A stretch of 64,000 nucleotides of DNA, taken from IMG/VR virus record IMGVR_UViG_3300042455_000638. One strand, given 5' to 3'. Below, piece by piece: positions 34,065-43,239 of this stretch; within the stretch, counting starts at the first letter, position 1, and each line of letters starts with the position of its first letter. This DNA comes from a virus. A program made the position numbers and the translations under genes. Under the pieces are notes generated by a model. The model saw only the letters and a list, made by a program, of their open reading frames with translations. It was not told the origin of the DNA and made no database searches.

Positions 34065-34586
34065 ATGGCAGCTCCAGAGTGGAACATCCTGAACCGTACA
34101 AAGCTCGTCCTGAAAGGTATGGCTGCCAACCGGCAGTTCGTGGCCAGTCAGGGTGAGGTTGTACGGACTATCAATCCGGGAACCATCCAGGTCTGGAAAG
34201 CGGTTGAACAAGGTAGAGGGGAGAACGGTCTCCAGAACATTGCCCTCCCAGCCATACGCATAACATCGCTCCCGGTAGAGTCTACCATAGGTGCCGGACT
34301 GAACTGTGCGGACGATGAGGTCGTACGTATCGCCATTCAGATTCTTGACATGTCAAACTACGAAACGTCGGGTCCACTTCGAACGTACATGGACTGGATG
34401 GACGCCATCCGAACCCAGCTTCTCGCAATACCCAATCCGTTCTTGCAGGACGCTGACGTAGAAGTGTACGATCCCTACGTCGTACACATCATCAAACGGT
34501 TGTCTGCGGAAGCCCAGAGTCTTATCAGACACGACCAACAGGTTGCGTTGTTTACATTCCAAGTTATGGTGAGGCACCACAGATGA
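34065..34586 (+). CDS. Hypothetical structural protein (173 aa)
   Basis: Track ORF. TAATG overlap. Confidence 0.45.
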   Translation: MAAPEWNILNRTKLVLKGMAANRQFVASQGEVVRTINPGTIQVWKAVEQGRGENGLQNIALPAIRITSLPVESTIGAGLNCADDEVVRIAIQILDMSNYETSGPLRTYMDWMDAIRTQLLAIPNPFLQDADVEVYDPYVVHIIKRLSAEAQSLIRHDQQVALFTFQVMVRHHR

Positions 34587-35449
34587 CAATCTCAGTTCCT
34601 GTTAACGCCCGTATGATGGTCAACGGGAAGAAGTTCTGCTTCGCCAAGTTCCTGAATCAGTCTTCAGTTGAACGTGTGCAGAACCCTGACGCCAACTGCG
34701 GTAACCGAGACCCGCTCCTGCAGCGGACAGCTTCCGGTCGACGCAAGTTCGCGTTCACGACGTACCACGATATCACGTACCCGATCTTGGTGGAGTTACT
34801 GCCGTTGGCGGGACTGACCAACGTATCGGGTACGTACACTGCGAACCAAGCCGACCCAACGACGATTAACATCGACGTCGACGCGGTCGGGGCGATCCAC
34901 AGCTTCACCGGATGCCGGGTCAATCGGTTCATCCTGCGGGGTCAGACGGGTACCCTTCCGATCTCTCTGGAGATCCAATGGGTCGCCACAAACGAAACCC
35001 AAGGCACCCCAACGTGGGTAGACGGTACCGTCGACAACATCTTTGCGTTCCCGGGTGCAACGTACACCATCAACGCAACGGCAGTTGACTTCGACAGGTT
35101 TGCTTTTGTCATTGACAACAAGCTCATCCCATCGTGGAACTCGTCTGTCACAGTGACAGACGTTGGCAACGGTCCTCGCCAGACTTTGCTCGCCACAAGC
35201 ATCCCATACACGTCAGCTACCAAAGCCCTGTACTGGACTAACCGAGACGCAGTCAACTCTGGAGACGACCACGTACTGGTTCTCAACAACGGTACCGATA
35301 CGGTGACGATCACGTTCCCTAATGCGGTGTTCATTCCGGAAGGTGTATCCATCGAAGGCTCGCTTGAAGAGATTCGACTGCCCATGACTTGGGAAGCCCA
35401 CCGCACATCCGCTGTCGCAGCCTTCAATGTTGTACTGACTAACGCATGA
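34583..35449 (+). CDS. Hypothetical T/N-rich beta-type structural protein (288 aa)
   Basis: Track ORF. ATGA coupling. Confidence 0.45.
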   Translation: MTISVPVNARMMVNGKKFCFAKFLNQSSVERVQNPDANCGNRDPLLQRTASGRRKFAFTTYHDITYPILVELLPLAGLTNVSGTYTANQADPTTINIDVDAVGAIHSFTGCRVNRFILRGQTGTLPISLEIQWVATNETQGTPTWVDGTVDNIFAFPGATYTINATAVDFDRFAFVIDNKLIPSWNSSVTVTDVGNGPRQTLLATSIPYTSATKALYWTNRDAVNSGDDHVLVLNNGTDTVTITFPNAVFIPEGVSIEGSLEEIRLPMTWEAHRTSAVAAFNVVLTNA

Positions 35450-36135
35450 TACCAGCATACCTTGATGACGGGTTCACACAGGAAGCAGCACCGGGCGTCT
35501 TCTGCCGCCCGATGTTGTGGCCCGAGAAACGTGACTGGAAACAGTACGCCACAGAGAATCCCGGTAAGGCGTGGGACAGGCTTGCCCAGAGCCATGTCTA
35601 TGGCGACCTGTCCGAAGCGGAGAACCACAAAAATGAAGTGGTCAATGTTATTCTTGGGTACACGTCGAAAGACGAGTCCCGGGACTTTCAGGACCTCAGC
35701 GATAGCATCCAGCTCCACACTACCAACCCCGGTCTCAGTGTGATGTCCTGTTCAACGTGCCGGAAGTACTGCGTGAACCATGACGACGGTTCCCTGTACA
35801 TCGGACCGAGCGGGGAGCCTACTCTACTCCCGTTCGGCATGAAGGTGCCGTGTGAGACTCAGAGCGGGTGCCTCAAGGGCCACTGGTCAGAACCTAACGG
35901 ACTGTCGAACGGACGTTGGTCGAAGACGTGGCGGCACTACTGGAGGTACAGGTACGACTGCCCAATGCAGGACGAGCTGTGGAACCGCAACAGAATGCTG
36001 ATTGAATGGGTGGTGCTGTATGGACGAGATAAGCGATTTGATCCGTTTGTTGGCCGAGGCTCCGATGGAGGAGCCGCCGATGTCCCGGCCGAAGGATCTG
36101 TTGGAAAGGATATCCCTGGAGCGAGTTGTATCTGA
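35446..36135 (+). CDS. Hypothetical structural protein (229 aa; 3' end overlaps the next gene)
   Basis: Track ORF. The last about 40 codons are G/D/A-rich and overlap a better-looking frame. Confidence 0.4.
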   Translation: MIPAYLDDGFTQEAAPGVFCRPMLWPEKRDWKQYATENPGKAWDRLAQSHVYGDLSEAENHKNEVVNVILGYTSKDESRDFQDLSDSIQLHTTNPGLSVMSCSTCRKYCVNHDDGSLYIGPSGEPTLLPFGMKVPCETQSGCLKGHWSEPNGLSNGRWSKTWRHYWRYRYDCPMQDELWNRNRMLIEWVVLYGRDKRFDPFVGRGSDGGAADVPAEGSVGKDIPGASCI

Positions 36136-36724
36136 GGGGGTACAGCACGTCGGCCAAGTAGCTCCGGACGCCGTACCCGCCCAACAGCAGACACAGGTCG
36201 GTGGGTTGGCAAACCCTAAGACGGGCGTGCCCGACATACCACTTCAGGTAGACGTAGCTCAACTGGAAGAGATACCGGGAAGACCGGCAACCCCGAACAA
36301 GTCCGAGGTCGTAGCCGGACGATCGGTAACACCAAAGCCCCAGCAACCGATGAAGGTCGGGGAGGCAAGGGTGTTTTCACCAGAGACTATGGCCGGTCGG
36401 GTTGCTACCCCGAAGATACTCGATACAATCGCTGGCCTACCTGCGGCACTGCGGGAGAAACAGACGTCGACCGGGCAGGCACAGGTAACGCCGAGAGCAC
36501 AGGTAACTGTAACTGTTCCACCGAACTTCCCACTGAACCCCAAAGACATCTTCACAGTCGTAGACGACCTGATACAATTACCCCCCAGACAGGACGTATC
36601 TGGTGCCCGAGACTTGCGGGTATCCAAAGCAAGTAGTGACCTTGAGTCGACAGAAGCATACGTCGCCAGGTCTTTCATGGACAATGAAGGCAACACGTCA
36701 GACTTCGAGCGGTGGCACTTATGA
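36020..36724 (+). CDS. Hypothetical Pro-rich structural protein
   Basis: Track ORF 36002..36724, with the second ATG at 36020 after GGGTGGTG. Confidence 0.4.
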   Translation: MDEISDLIRLLAEAPMEEPPMSRPKDLLERISLERVVSEGVQHVGQVAPDAVPAQQQTQVGGLANPKTGVPDIPLQVDVAQLEEIPGRPATPNKSEVVAGRSVTPKPQQPMKVGEARVFSPETMAGRVATPKILDTIAGLPAALREKQTSTGQAQVTPRAQVTVTVPPNFPLNPKDIFTVVDDLIQLPPRQDVSGARDLRVSKASSDLESTEAYVARSFMDNEGNTSDFERWHL

Positions 36725-37488
36725 TCTTCACGTACGGCAGCTACTCACATGACCCAGACGAGGTGATGGTACGCACCTCGATACAGTGGATTGTCGACAA
36801 GTTCAACAGACGCATGGGCGAGATCATTGAGTACACAATCGTCGGGGTCAAGAAGGTCGCTGATGACCCGGACCCGGAGATCACCAAGCAGAACCTGACC
36901 GATGCCCTGTTCGACCTGACCGAGGCGTACAACGTCGACTACCAGGACTTCGGCATGTACCACGACGATGGTGTTACACCAACGCGACACATCGTCTTCA
37001 ACGAAGAAACATTCGGCGGCACGAAGGTCGTCGTCCCACCGTCGTTCATCAACGGACCGTGGGGTGGTCGGGTAGAGTACACCAACACCCGAACTTTCTT
37101 TCTCGTGCTGCGAGCCGAGATACGGGTCGGTGACGGGCTATATGCACTGAAGCAGAAGCTGACGGTAAAGGGTACTGGCGGACCGAAGTGGAGATACTCT
37201 CCCAAGATGGTTGGCTCACCAGACGCTCAGATCCTGCAGACCGCCACATCGTTCTGGTACATTCAGGAGGGCGAGGCTATCGGCCGGTCAACATTCCCAG
37301 TACCTGCGGATGTCCTGTACCCGTCGATCGAGCACGGAGAGATGCGTACCGTCGAGTACACAGACGCCCAGGACATTGTTGTCGGCGGAGCTGAGATGTA
37401 CGGTACCGCCTGGTCGTACGCTATGGAGGCAACAGTAGCTCAAGGGTTCAGTGCGTTCGTTGTGCCTACCGTGGAGGCACTGGCATGA
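36721..37488 (+). CDS. Hypothetical structural protein (255 aa)
   Basis: ATGA coupling. Confidence 0.45.
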   Translation: MIFTYGSYSHDPDEVMVRTSIQWIVDKFNRRMGEIIEYTIVGVKKVADDPDPEITKQNLTDALFDLTEAYNVDYQDFGMYHDDGVTPTRHIVFNEETFGGTKVVVPPSFINGPWGGRVEYTNTRTFFLVLRAEIRVGDGLYALKQKLTVKGTGGPKWRYSPKMVGSPDAQILQTATSFWYIQEGEAIGRSTFPVPADVLYPSIEHGEMRTVEYTDAQDIVVGGAEMYGTAWSYAMEATVAQGFSAFVVPTVEALA

Positions 37489-39125
37489 CGTGGTCATTCA
37501 CTGGAGTGGTTGATCCGGTTCAAGCTGAGTACAACCAGGGCTTAGGCTTCAGCCCAGACGTGGCTGTACTCCGGTTCAACCCGCAAGTCACTGCGTTGCC
37601 AACATCAGGCACCTTGACACTTACATGGGACGTGACAACGATTACGTTACCGAACTGTGTTGTCGATCTCGGATCAATGCGGTACACTGACGATGGGTTC
37701 TACATGATGCTCAAGGTCCTCGACCGACGTGAGCGGTGGACCCGAGCAGCACCGATATCAGGCGAGTACAACACGATACGAGTGGGTACAAAGGCCCGGG
37801 CAAGGACATTACGCCAACTTGCCACGCTTCTGTTCACCGCTCTCGGGGAGGCTACGGCTAACGTATCAGCCCTACCAACAGATATCTATCCTCCCGTTTC
37901 GTGGCGATGCGACGACGTGGTTGAGGTATTGGAAGCACTCTTGACTGAGTATGGATACTCGGTCGCCCTTGGGTTTGGCTCTGAGTCTGTCACTGTGGTG
38001 AAGCTCGGCACCGGGGCGACCCTTTCTACGACGGACATGTTCGTAGGGTCGGCTACGATTGATCCGAAACTTGCTCCCCGCTACATGCGTAACTGCTTCG
38101 GGGACTCGGTAGCTCAGGTACGGTTGAAGATGGAAGCCGTTGGGCTGGACACCGATGGGTCCTGGAAACTGATTGACAGTCTGTCATTCAAACCAGCGGC
38201 TGGCTGGGAACGAGTAGCCCCCTACAGCCTGAATGAGGCCACGGTCGCCCTCACTGCAGACCAGAAGGTCGAGGCGGCAGCATACGTCCGGTCGGCTTAC
38301 CGAGTGAAAGGTTTTGCCGACGGTACTTGGGACGTACCCGACGGGTCTGAGACGCTGACATCCCTCGATCAGATCCTACCGATCGAAGGCAGGCTCCTCA
38401 GCACAGAAGACTTCCGACCAGACGAGACGTACGAGAATCTCCGGGTGTACGGTAAGTACTTCCAGATGCCGGACGAGAAGGCCCAGCCGTTCGTTGGGGG
38501 GAACACTGTCATCGGAGACAAAGTTACCGGTCGACGGTACAGGTTCGACGGTGAGAACGGGATGCTGTTCTTCGAGGAACCGATCTACTACATGGACGGA
38601 TCGGACATCAAGCCAGCAGACTTGTGGATCGAAGTAACCATCCGCATCCGGAACTCAACCAACGGATCGTGGCGGCACTACGAATACGACGTCGACGCGG
38701 AGCCTACAGGCACTGGGTACTACACGATTCGACACGAAGACCGAGCCGAGACAATCGTGTCGTACGATACAAGCCACGGCATAACGGCGTTCAGCACGAA
38801 CGCTGCGTCACTCATCGCGTTAGGCGTGGCCGCAGCTTCCGCAGCAGCGGGCATGTTCGCCACGTCGGCAAGTCAGTACATCGCGTACAACCAGCCAAAG
38901 CTGATGTTACGGTGTGACGGAGCGATCCAGCAGGTTAAACACATCATGACTTGCGGCGAGCACGAGCACGCTGTAAACCGTACGACAGCTTCGAGGAACT
39001 TCGAGTTCGACAAGAAGGTACCGTCGAGAGCACAGAGGGTGGCTCATCTTCGGGCCATGAAATCAGCGGTGCATATCCAGCGGAGTAAGGTGTACGAGAC
39101 GAAACTGAGGGACGGTAATGATTGA
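37485..39125 (+). CDS. Hypothetical large structural protein (546 aa)
   Basis: Track ORF. ATGA coupling. Confidence 0.5.
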   Translation: MTWSFTGVVDPVQAEYNQGLGFSPDVAVLRFNPQVTALPTSGTLTLTWDVTTITLPNCVVDLGSMRYTDDGFYMMLKVLDRRERWTRAAPISGEYNTIRVGTKARARTLRQLATLLFTALGEATANVSALPTDIYPPVSWRCDDVVEVLEALLTEYGYSVALGFGSESVTVVKLGTGATLSTTDMFVGSATIDPKLAPRYMRNCFGDSVAQVRLKMEAVGLDTDGSWKLIDSLSFKPAAGWERVAPYSLNEATVALTADQKVEAAAYVRSAYRVKGFADGTWDVPDGSETLTSLDQILPIEGRLLSTEDFRPDETYENLRVYGKYFQMPDEKAQPFVGGNTVIGDKVTGRRYRFDGENGMLFFEEPIYYMDGSDIKPADLWIEVTIRIRNSTNGSWRHYEYDVDAEPTGTGYYTIRHEDRAETIVSYDTSHGITAFSTNAASLIALGVAAASAAAGMFATSASQYIAYNQPKLMLRCDGAIQQVKHIMTCGEHEHAVNRTTASRNFEFDKKVPSRAQRVAHLRAMKSAVHIQRSKVYETKLRDGND

Positions 39126-39810
39126 CAGAAGCCAAGTTAACAACAGGTCCCAAGTTGACCTGTCGGCAGTCATTCCGTGGATAAACGACGCAGGAGCTGA
39201 GATACCCGCGTACGGAGTTATCCAACTTCGGACGAACTACGACACTACCAGTCACGCCCTAAAGCCAGACGGCACTACGGGGCTGTTCTTCGTCAACGGC
39301 CCGGTACCCGTTGCCAGCACAAAGCGTGGCGAGTCCCTCGTGTGGAATCGCCCGAGAACTGTTCTGCTCGATGGGTCTTCCGTCGGCCGGGAAGTGGGAC
39401 CTGTAGAAGCCTCTTGGCAGATGACGTCAGAAGGCACCGGGTTCCGCGTACTGAAACAGGCGGTTGCGGGAGTCGGCGTTGTCGTCCAAGTTGGGGGTGG
39501 AGGGACTGGCGGGGGCGGTCACCGGATCTGGTTTGACATCACCTCCGTAACATGCAATGAGGACCTCACGAAAACCCTTACTGTTAATGTTACCCACTTC
39601 ACTGGCGGCTGCGACGAACCGATTCCCGGAGAAGATGAGTACGGGAACATAATTGTTGAAGACATTTGTGGAATCCTGAACTACTATACCGAGATTTGGC
39701 TTGAATCCGGAGGGATCAAGGGGAGTGCCACGTACGTCTATCCGAGGAGCGGGTACTGTGAGCCTAAGTGGATTGTCGATAATGTCTGTGGTCAGCCGGA
39801 GTGTGCGTAA
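39118..39810 (+). CDS. Hypothetical Gly-rich structural protein (230 aa)
   Basis: Track ORF. Confidence 0.45.
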   Translation: MIDRSQVNNRSQVDLSAVIPWINDAGAEIPAYGVIQLRTNYDTTSHALKPDGTTGLFFVNGPVPVASTKRGESLVWNRPRTVLLDGSSVGREVGPVEASWQMTSEGTGFRVLKQAVAGVGVVVQVGGGGTGGGGHRIWFDITSVTCNEDLTKTLTVNVTHFTGGCDEPIPGEDEYGNIIVEDICGILNYYTEIWLESGGIKGSATYVYPRSGYCEPKWIVDNVCGQPECA

Positions 39811-41738
39811 TGGGACCTGAGTACTGGAAACCCGGCGTACCAACAGCGTTGAAGAAGTGCAGCGAGCGGGTATCAAACTCCTGCACCGATGAGACGGACG
39901 GGTGCTGTGCAGTCATCGCGTGTAGCTACTGTCTTGAGTGGAACCCCGATTACGGTCAGACCAAGAAAGGTTTTGCCACGTTCTTTGGCACGTACTGGTC
40001 CGGGTCCGTGGCAGGTGCAACGTGGATAGGTAGATGGGAGCGAGAGATCCTCCCGGATGTAACTCCCCCGCTCAGTGCTAACTCAGCAGGCATGTCGTTC
40101 GCCCCAATCGCTGGCGGTACGTACATGATGGGGAGTCCCGGGTCCGAGACAGGTAGACTGTCCAACGAGGATCAAGTCTCCAAGACGGTTGAGGCTTTTA
40201 ATATCGGAACGACAGAGGTCACGCAGGCCCAGTACTTGGCAGTACGCGGGCTAAGCCCGAGTCATTTCGCCGGGTCAGGTCGTCCGGTGGAGATGGTATC
40301 CTACTCCGACGCATTGGCGTTTTGCTCGACCCTGTCGGCCCGCCCATCGGAAATAGCGATGGGTAGAACGTACCGGCTACCAACCGAAGCTGAGTGGGAG
40401 TGGGCGTGCCGGGCAGGTACAACCACAGCGTACTCCTTCGGGGCAAACCCTGTGGACCTGCCGACGTACGGATGGTTCGAGGATAACAGTGGGGCAGAGA
40501 CCCATGACGTTTCGTTGAAGTCCCCCAACACCTCCAACCTATACGACATGCACGGTAACGTATGGGAGTGGGCACAGAACGACCAGTTGGACGCGGTCGA
40601 GGGGGAGCAGGTTATACGTGGAGGGGGTTGGGACTCTACCGCAGCCCAGTGCCGGTCAGCAAGTCGACAGACGGTGGCGGAGACAACGAAAGCAAACAAC
40701 ATAGGCTTTCGCGTTGTCATGATGCAGGCACCAATCCCCCAGTTAGGTGACTGCGAGTTCGTTGTCACGTTTGACGAAGACGAGGTCTACCGCAAGTCAT
40801 GCGAGTACGGCCAATCGTGCCGAGACTCCAGTGACTCTGCGGTAGCCACGATCGGGTACTACGATACCGGCGTGATCAGTTGGACGAAGTACGAGCCCAG
40901 ACCGCTGCACTACCGAGACGACGACTACAGCTACTGCAAGGTACACTACTGCGATGACTGTGAATGCACATGCGAGGAGCTATGCGTCGACGTACGGGAA
41001 GTGTTGACGTATGGGTACAGCGACTTCATCGACACGTATGAAGGTACGTTGGCAAACACCGCGTACCCTTGTGACCCTCCAGTGTGGGAAGGGACTGTTG
41101 GTAGCTTTGATTTGTCTCTTGCTCTGGGACATGACGAGTACGGGGCCTGTGTAATCACCCCAACAGTTAATGGGTATGATCAACCCGCCATTCCCGCTCC
41201 TGGGTGTGCGGACATGGAGGCTACCCTTGTCCTGGAAGACGGCAGTGAGATAACGGTCCGCTGCAAGAAGTGTGACTGCCCAGATGGAATTGGCGACTGT
41301 ATCTGTGGTCGACCGATGGGGCCTATCCTACGTGTCGTTTGGTCGTCGGGCAACGGAACTCATGGCAGTGCGTCAAGGACGTTTGACTTGACGTATGGCA
41401 TGGTCGACGAGCCAACGATATCATGTTCCCCTTGGTCACCTAACCCGTTCCCCGGCTACCGAGGCAGCGTGTCCGGGACGTTCCCAATCCCAATGGGTGG
41501 CACACGAGCAGACACGCTGGAGGTAATTTTGGTTTGCGAATGTACTGGTTGCCAGTATTGTATATATTACCGATGGGTAAACGATGATGCTTATCCTACC
41601 TGGCAAGTGGTTCCTTACACCATTCTCACTTGTGACTGCCCCGCCGTCTTAGACGTGATCGGCGGTTTCACTGAAGGTAACGTATGGGGGTATCAGGTCA
41701 GTGATGTCATGATCTATGAGTTGGAGGACAACTGCTGA
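39801..41738 (+). CDS. FGE-sulfatase (SUMF1/EgtB-like) domain protein with Cys-rich C-terminal half
   Basis: GNVWEW, VIRGGGWDS...CRSASR, MGSPGSE and TEAEWEWACRAG match conserved FGE-sulfatase blocks at about aa 100-310. The C-terminal 300 aa carry many Cys pairs. Confidence 0.5.
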   Translation: MCVMGPEYWKPGVPTALKKCSERVSNSCTDETDGCCAVIACSYCLEWNPDYGQTKKGFATFFGTYWSGSVAGATWIGRWEREILPDVTPPLSANSAGMSFAPIAGGTYMMGSPGSETGRLSNEDQVSKTVEAFNIGTTEVTQAQYLAVRGLSPSHFAGSGRPVEMVSYSDALAFCSTLSARPSEIAMGRTYRLPTEAEWEWACRAGTTTAYSFGANPVDLPTYGWFEDNSGAETHDVSLKSPNTSNLYDMHGNVWEWAQNDQLDAVEGEQVIRGGGWDSTAAQCRSASRQTVAETTKANNIGFRVVMMQAPIPQLGDCEFVVTFDEDEVYRKSCEYGQSCRDSSDSAVATIGYYDTGVISWTKYEPRPLHYRDDDYSYCKVHYCDDCECTCEELCVDVREVLTYGYSDFIDTYEGTLANTAYPCDPPVWEGTVGSFDLSLALGHDEYGACVITPTVNGYDQPAIPAPGCADMEATLVLEDGSEITVRCKKCDCPDGIGDCICGRPMGPILRVVWSSGNGTHGSASRTFDLTYGMVDEPTISCSPWSPNPFPGYRGSVSGTFPIPMGGTRADTLEVILVCECTGCQYCIYYRWVNDDAYPTWQVVPYTILTCDCPAVLDVIGGFTEGNVWGYQVSDVMIYELEDNC

Positions 41739-41893
41739 TGAGAAGGTTACTGATTGTTTTGCTGCTACCGGTCGTAGCACAGTTCGGTATTCATTACTTC
41801 CGGGTTTTCGCTGAGGCTGTGGGCGAAGCATCGGTGGACCACTGGGAGGAAGACCTCAACGCCCAGGTAGAGAAGGAATTCCCCCGTGGATAA
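41738..41893 (+). CDS. Unannotated 51-aa ORF with N-terminal signal-peptide/TM-like segment
   Basis: ATG overlaps the upstream stop (TGATG). Translation MRRLLIVLLLPVVAQFGIHYFRVFAEAVGEASVDHWEEDLNAQVEKEFPRG. Below the track cutoff. Confidence 0.3.
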   Translation: MRRLLIVLLLPVVAQFGIHYFRVFAEAVGEASVDHWEEDLNAQVEKEFPRG

Positions 41894-43076
41894 GTGTCAA
41901 TGCGAGGCATCCGGGTTTTGCACAGTACGAAACCTCGCGATGAAGCCAACGCTTCAGATGATCTGTAAGGTCAACAAGAACCGCGTCGACCGGTTGCTTG
42001 ACCCTACGGTCGAGAAGACTCCCCCCGACAAACCAACTCGCCAAGCAAGACCTGCAGTCCTCCCGAAGGAACCGGTGGGGGACTGCCTGGAAGCACGCAT
42101 CGAAGGTTTGATCAAAGTCAAGTCCTCAAAGGGGTGCGGCTGCAGTACTCTGAAGTCAAAAATGAATAGCTGGGGGGTCAGAGGTTGTGAACGGAACCGA
42201 CCCGAGATCGTATCGGCTCTTGTGGCCAACAGAGACGTTCTCATGTCTGCAGTGGCTGACGGGTCGTTTATCTTCAAGACGGTACTCAAGAATACCCCTG
42301 ACGACGTGCTGGCTGTGGGGGCCAACTGGTTGTTGGATGGTGCTATCGACGACGCCAAGGCTCAGAAGAACCCAGGATCTCGCAGTCCGCAGAAGCTCTC
42401 AGGGTATTGTTCGGCAGTTACGTCGATGAACCCGAACCCAGCACGAGCCGAACGTCAACTCCTGTGTCTACGATCCTGGCTACAGATCGGTCTCAACGTG
42501 GTCGTCGTGAACACTACGGAAGAACTCGACGGCATGGATCTCCCAGCAGGAGTTACTACGGCACCATGCGATGACATGACGACGATATACGACCGCAAGA
42601 CGCAGTTCGTGTCGTCACTGATACAAGCCGGGATAGACACCGGCCACCAGTTCATGCTGATCAACTCGGACATCGAGATTGATGGAAACGCCAGCCTGAT
42701 AGACAGGGCGATGGATCACTCGGACTCCCTGACGATCGGTATCCGGCACAACTATTACGCAGGCCGAAGAGTCCAGGCTGTTCGAGAACCATCCGGGTTG
42801 GACGTCTTCCTGATGACTCCTGAACTGGCAAGGACTGTCCCCGACGCACCATTCGGGATCGGAAAGCCAGCTTGGGATTACTGGCTCCCGCTACATTTCA
42901 AGTTGGCCAACACCCCGTTCCACTGGATAAAGTCCCCACTATTCTACCACGAGAAGCACCCGTTGGGGTGGAGCCGCAGCGAGTGGGAACTGGGCCGGGA
43001 CTTCCTGATCGAATACTACGGAGTTGAGTTGGGATACGGGTCCGGCGAATTCCGTGCCAGTCTTGATACACACTGA
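41886..43076 (+). CDS. Glycosyltransferase-like protein with Cys-rich N-terminus
   Basis: Central segment QLLCLRSWLQIGLNVVVVN...LINSDIEIDGN is reminiscent of the GT-A fold (cL.S. start, acidic DxD-like motif). Weak, by eye only. Confidence 0.3.
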   Translation: MDKCQCEASGFCTVRNLAMKPTLQMICKVNKNRVDRLLDPTVEKTPPDKPTRQARPAVLPKEPVGDCLEARIEGLIKVKSSKGCGCSTLKSKMNSWGVRGCERNRPEIVSALVANRDVLMSAVADGSFIFKTVLKNTPDDVLAVGANWLLDGAIDDAKAQKNPGSRSPQKLSGYCSAVTSMNPNPARAERQLLCLRSWLQIGLNVVVVNTTEELDGMDLPAGVTTAPCDDMTTIYDRKTQFVSSLIQAGIDTGHQFMLINSDIEIDGNASLIDRAMDHSDSLTIGIRHNYYAGRRVQAVREPSGLDVFLMTPELARTVPDAPFGIGKPAWDYWLPLHFKLANTPFHWIKSPLFYHEKHPLGWSRSEWELGRDFLIEYYGVELGYGSGEFRASLDTH

Positions 43077-43239
43077 AAGCATAGTTACGGTCGGGTGTCC
43101 GGTGGATAAATAGCTGGACCCCACAACGTGGCCTGGGAAGGCCCTGCCCCGATCGGGGCAGGGTCGCCATGTTTCCACTAGACAGCCCTTGTCAAGCCCG
43201 ATACAATCCCGGCTCAACATTTTCCTGACGGAGAGAATC

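Noticed and set aside
39801-41738. DGR (diversity-generating retroelement) centred on the FGE-sulfatase-domain protein
   Set aside because: No reverse-transcriptase-like ORF (no QGxxxSP / YxDD protein) and no imperfect TR/VR repeat pair were seen in the window. The FGE domain is central rather than C-terminal. Left as a check to run on the whole genome.
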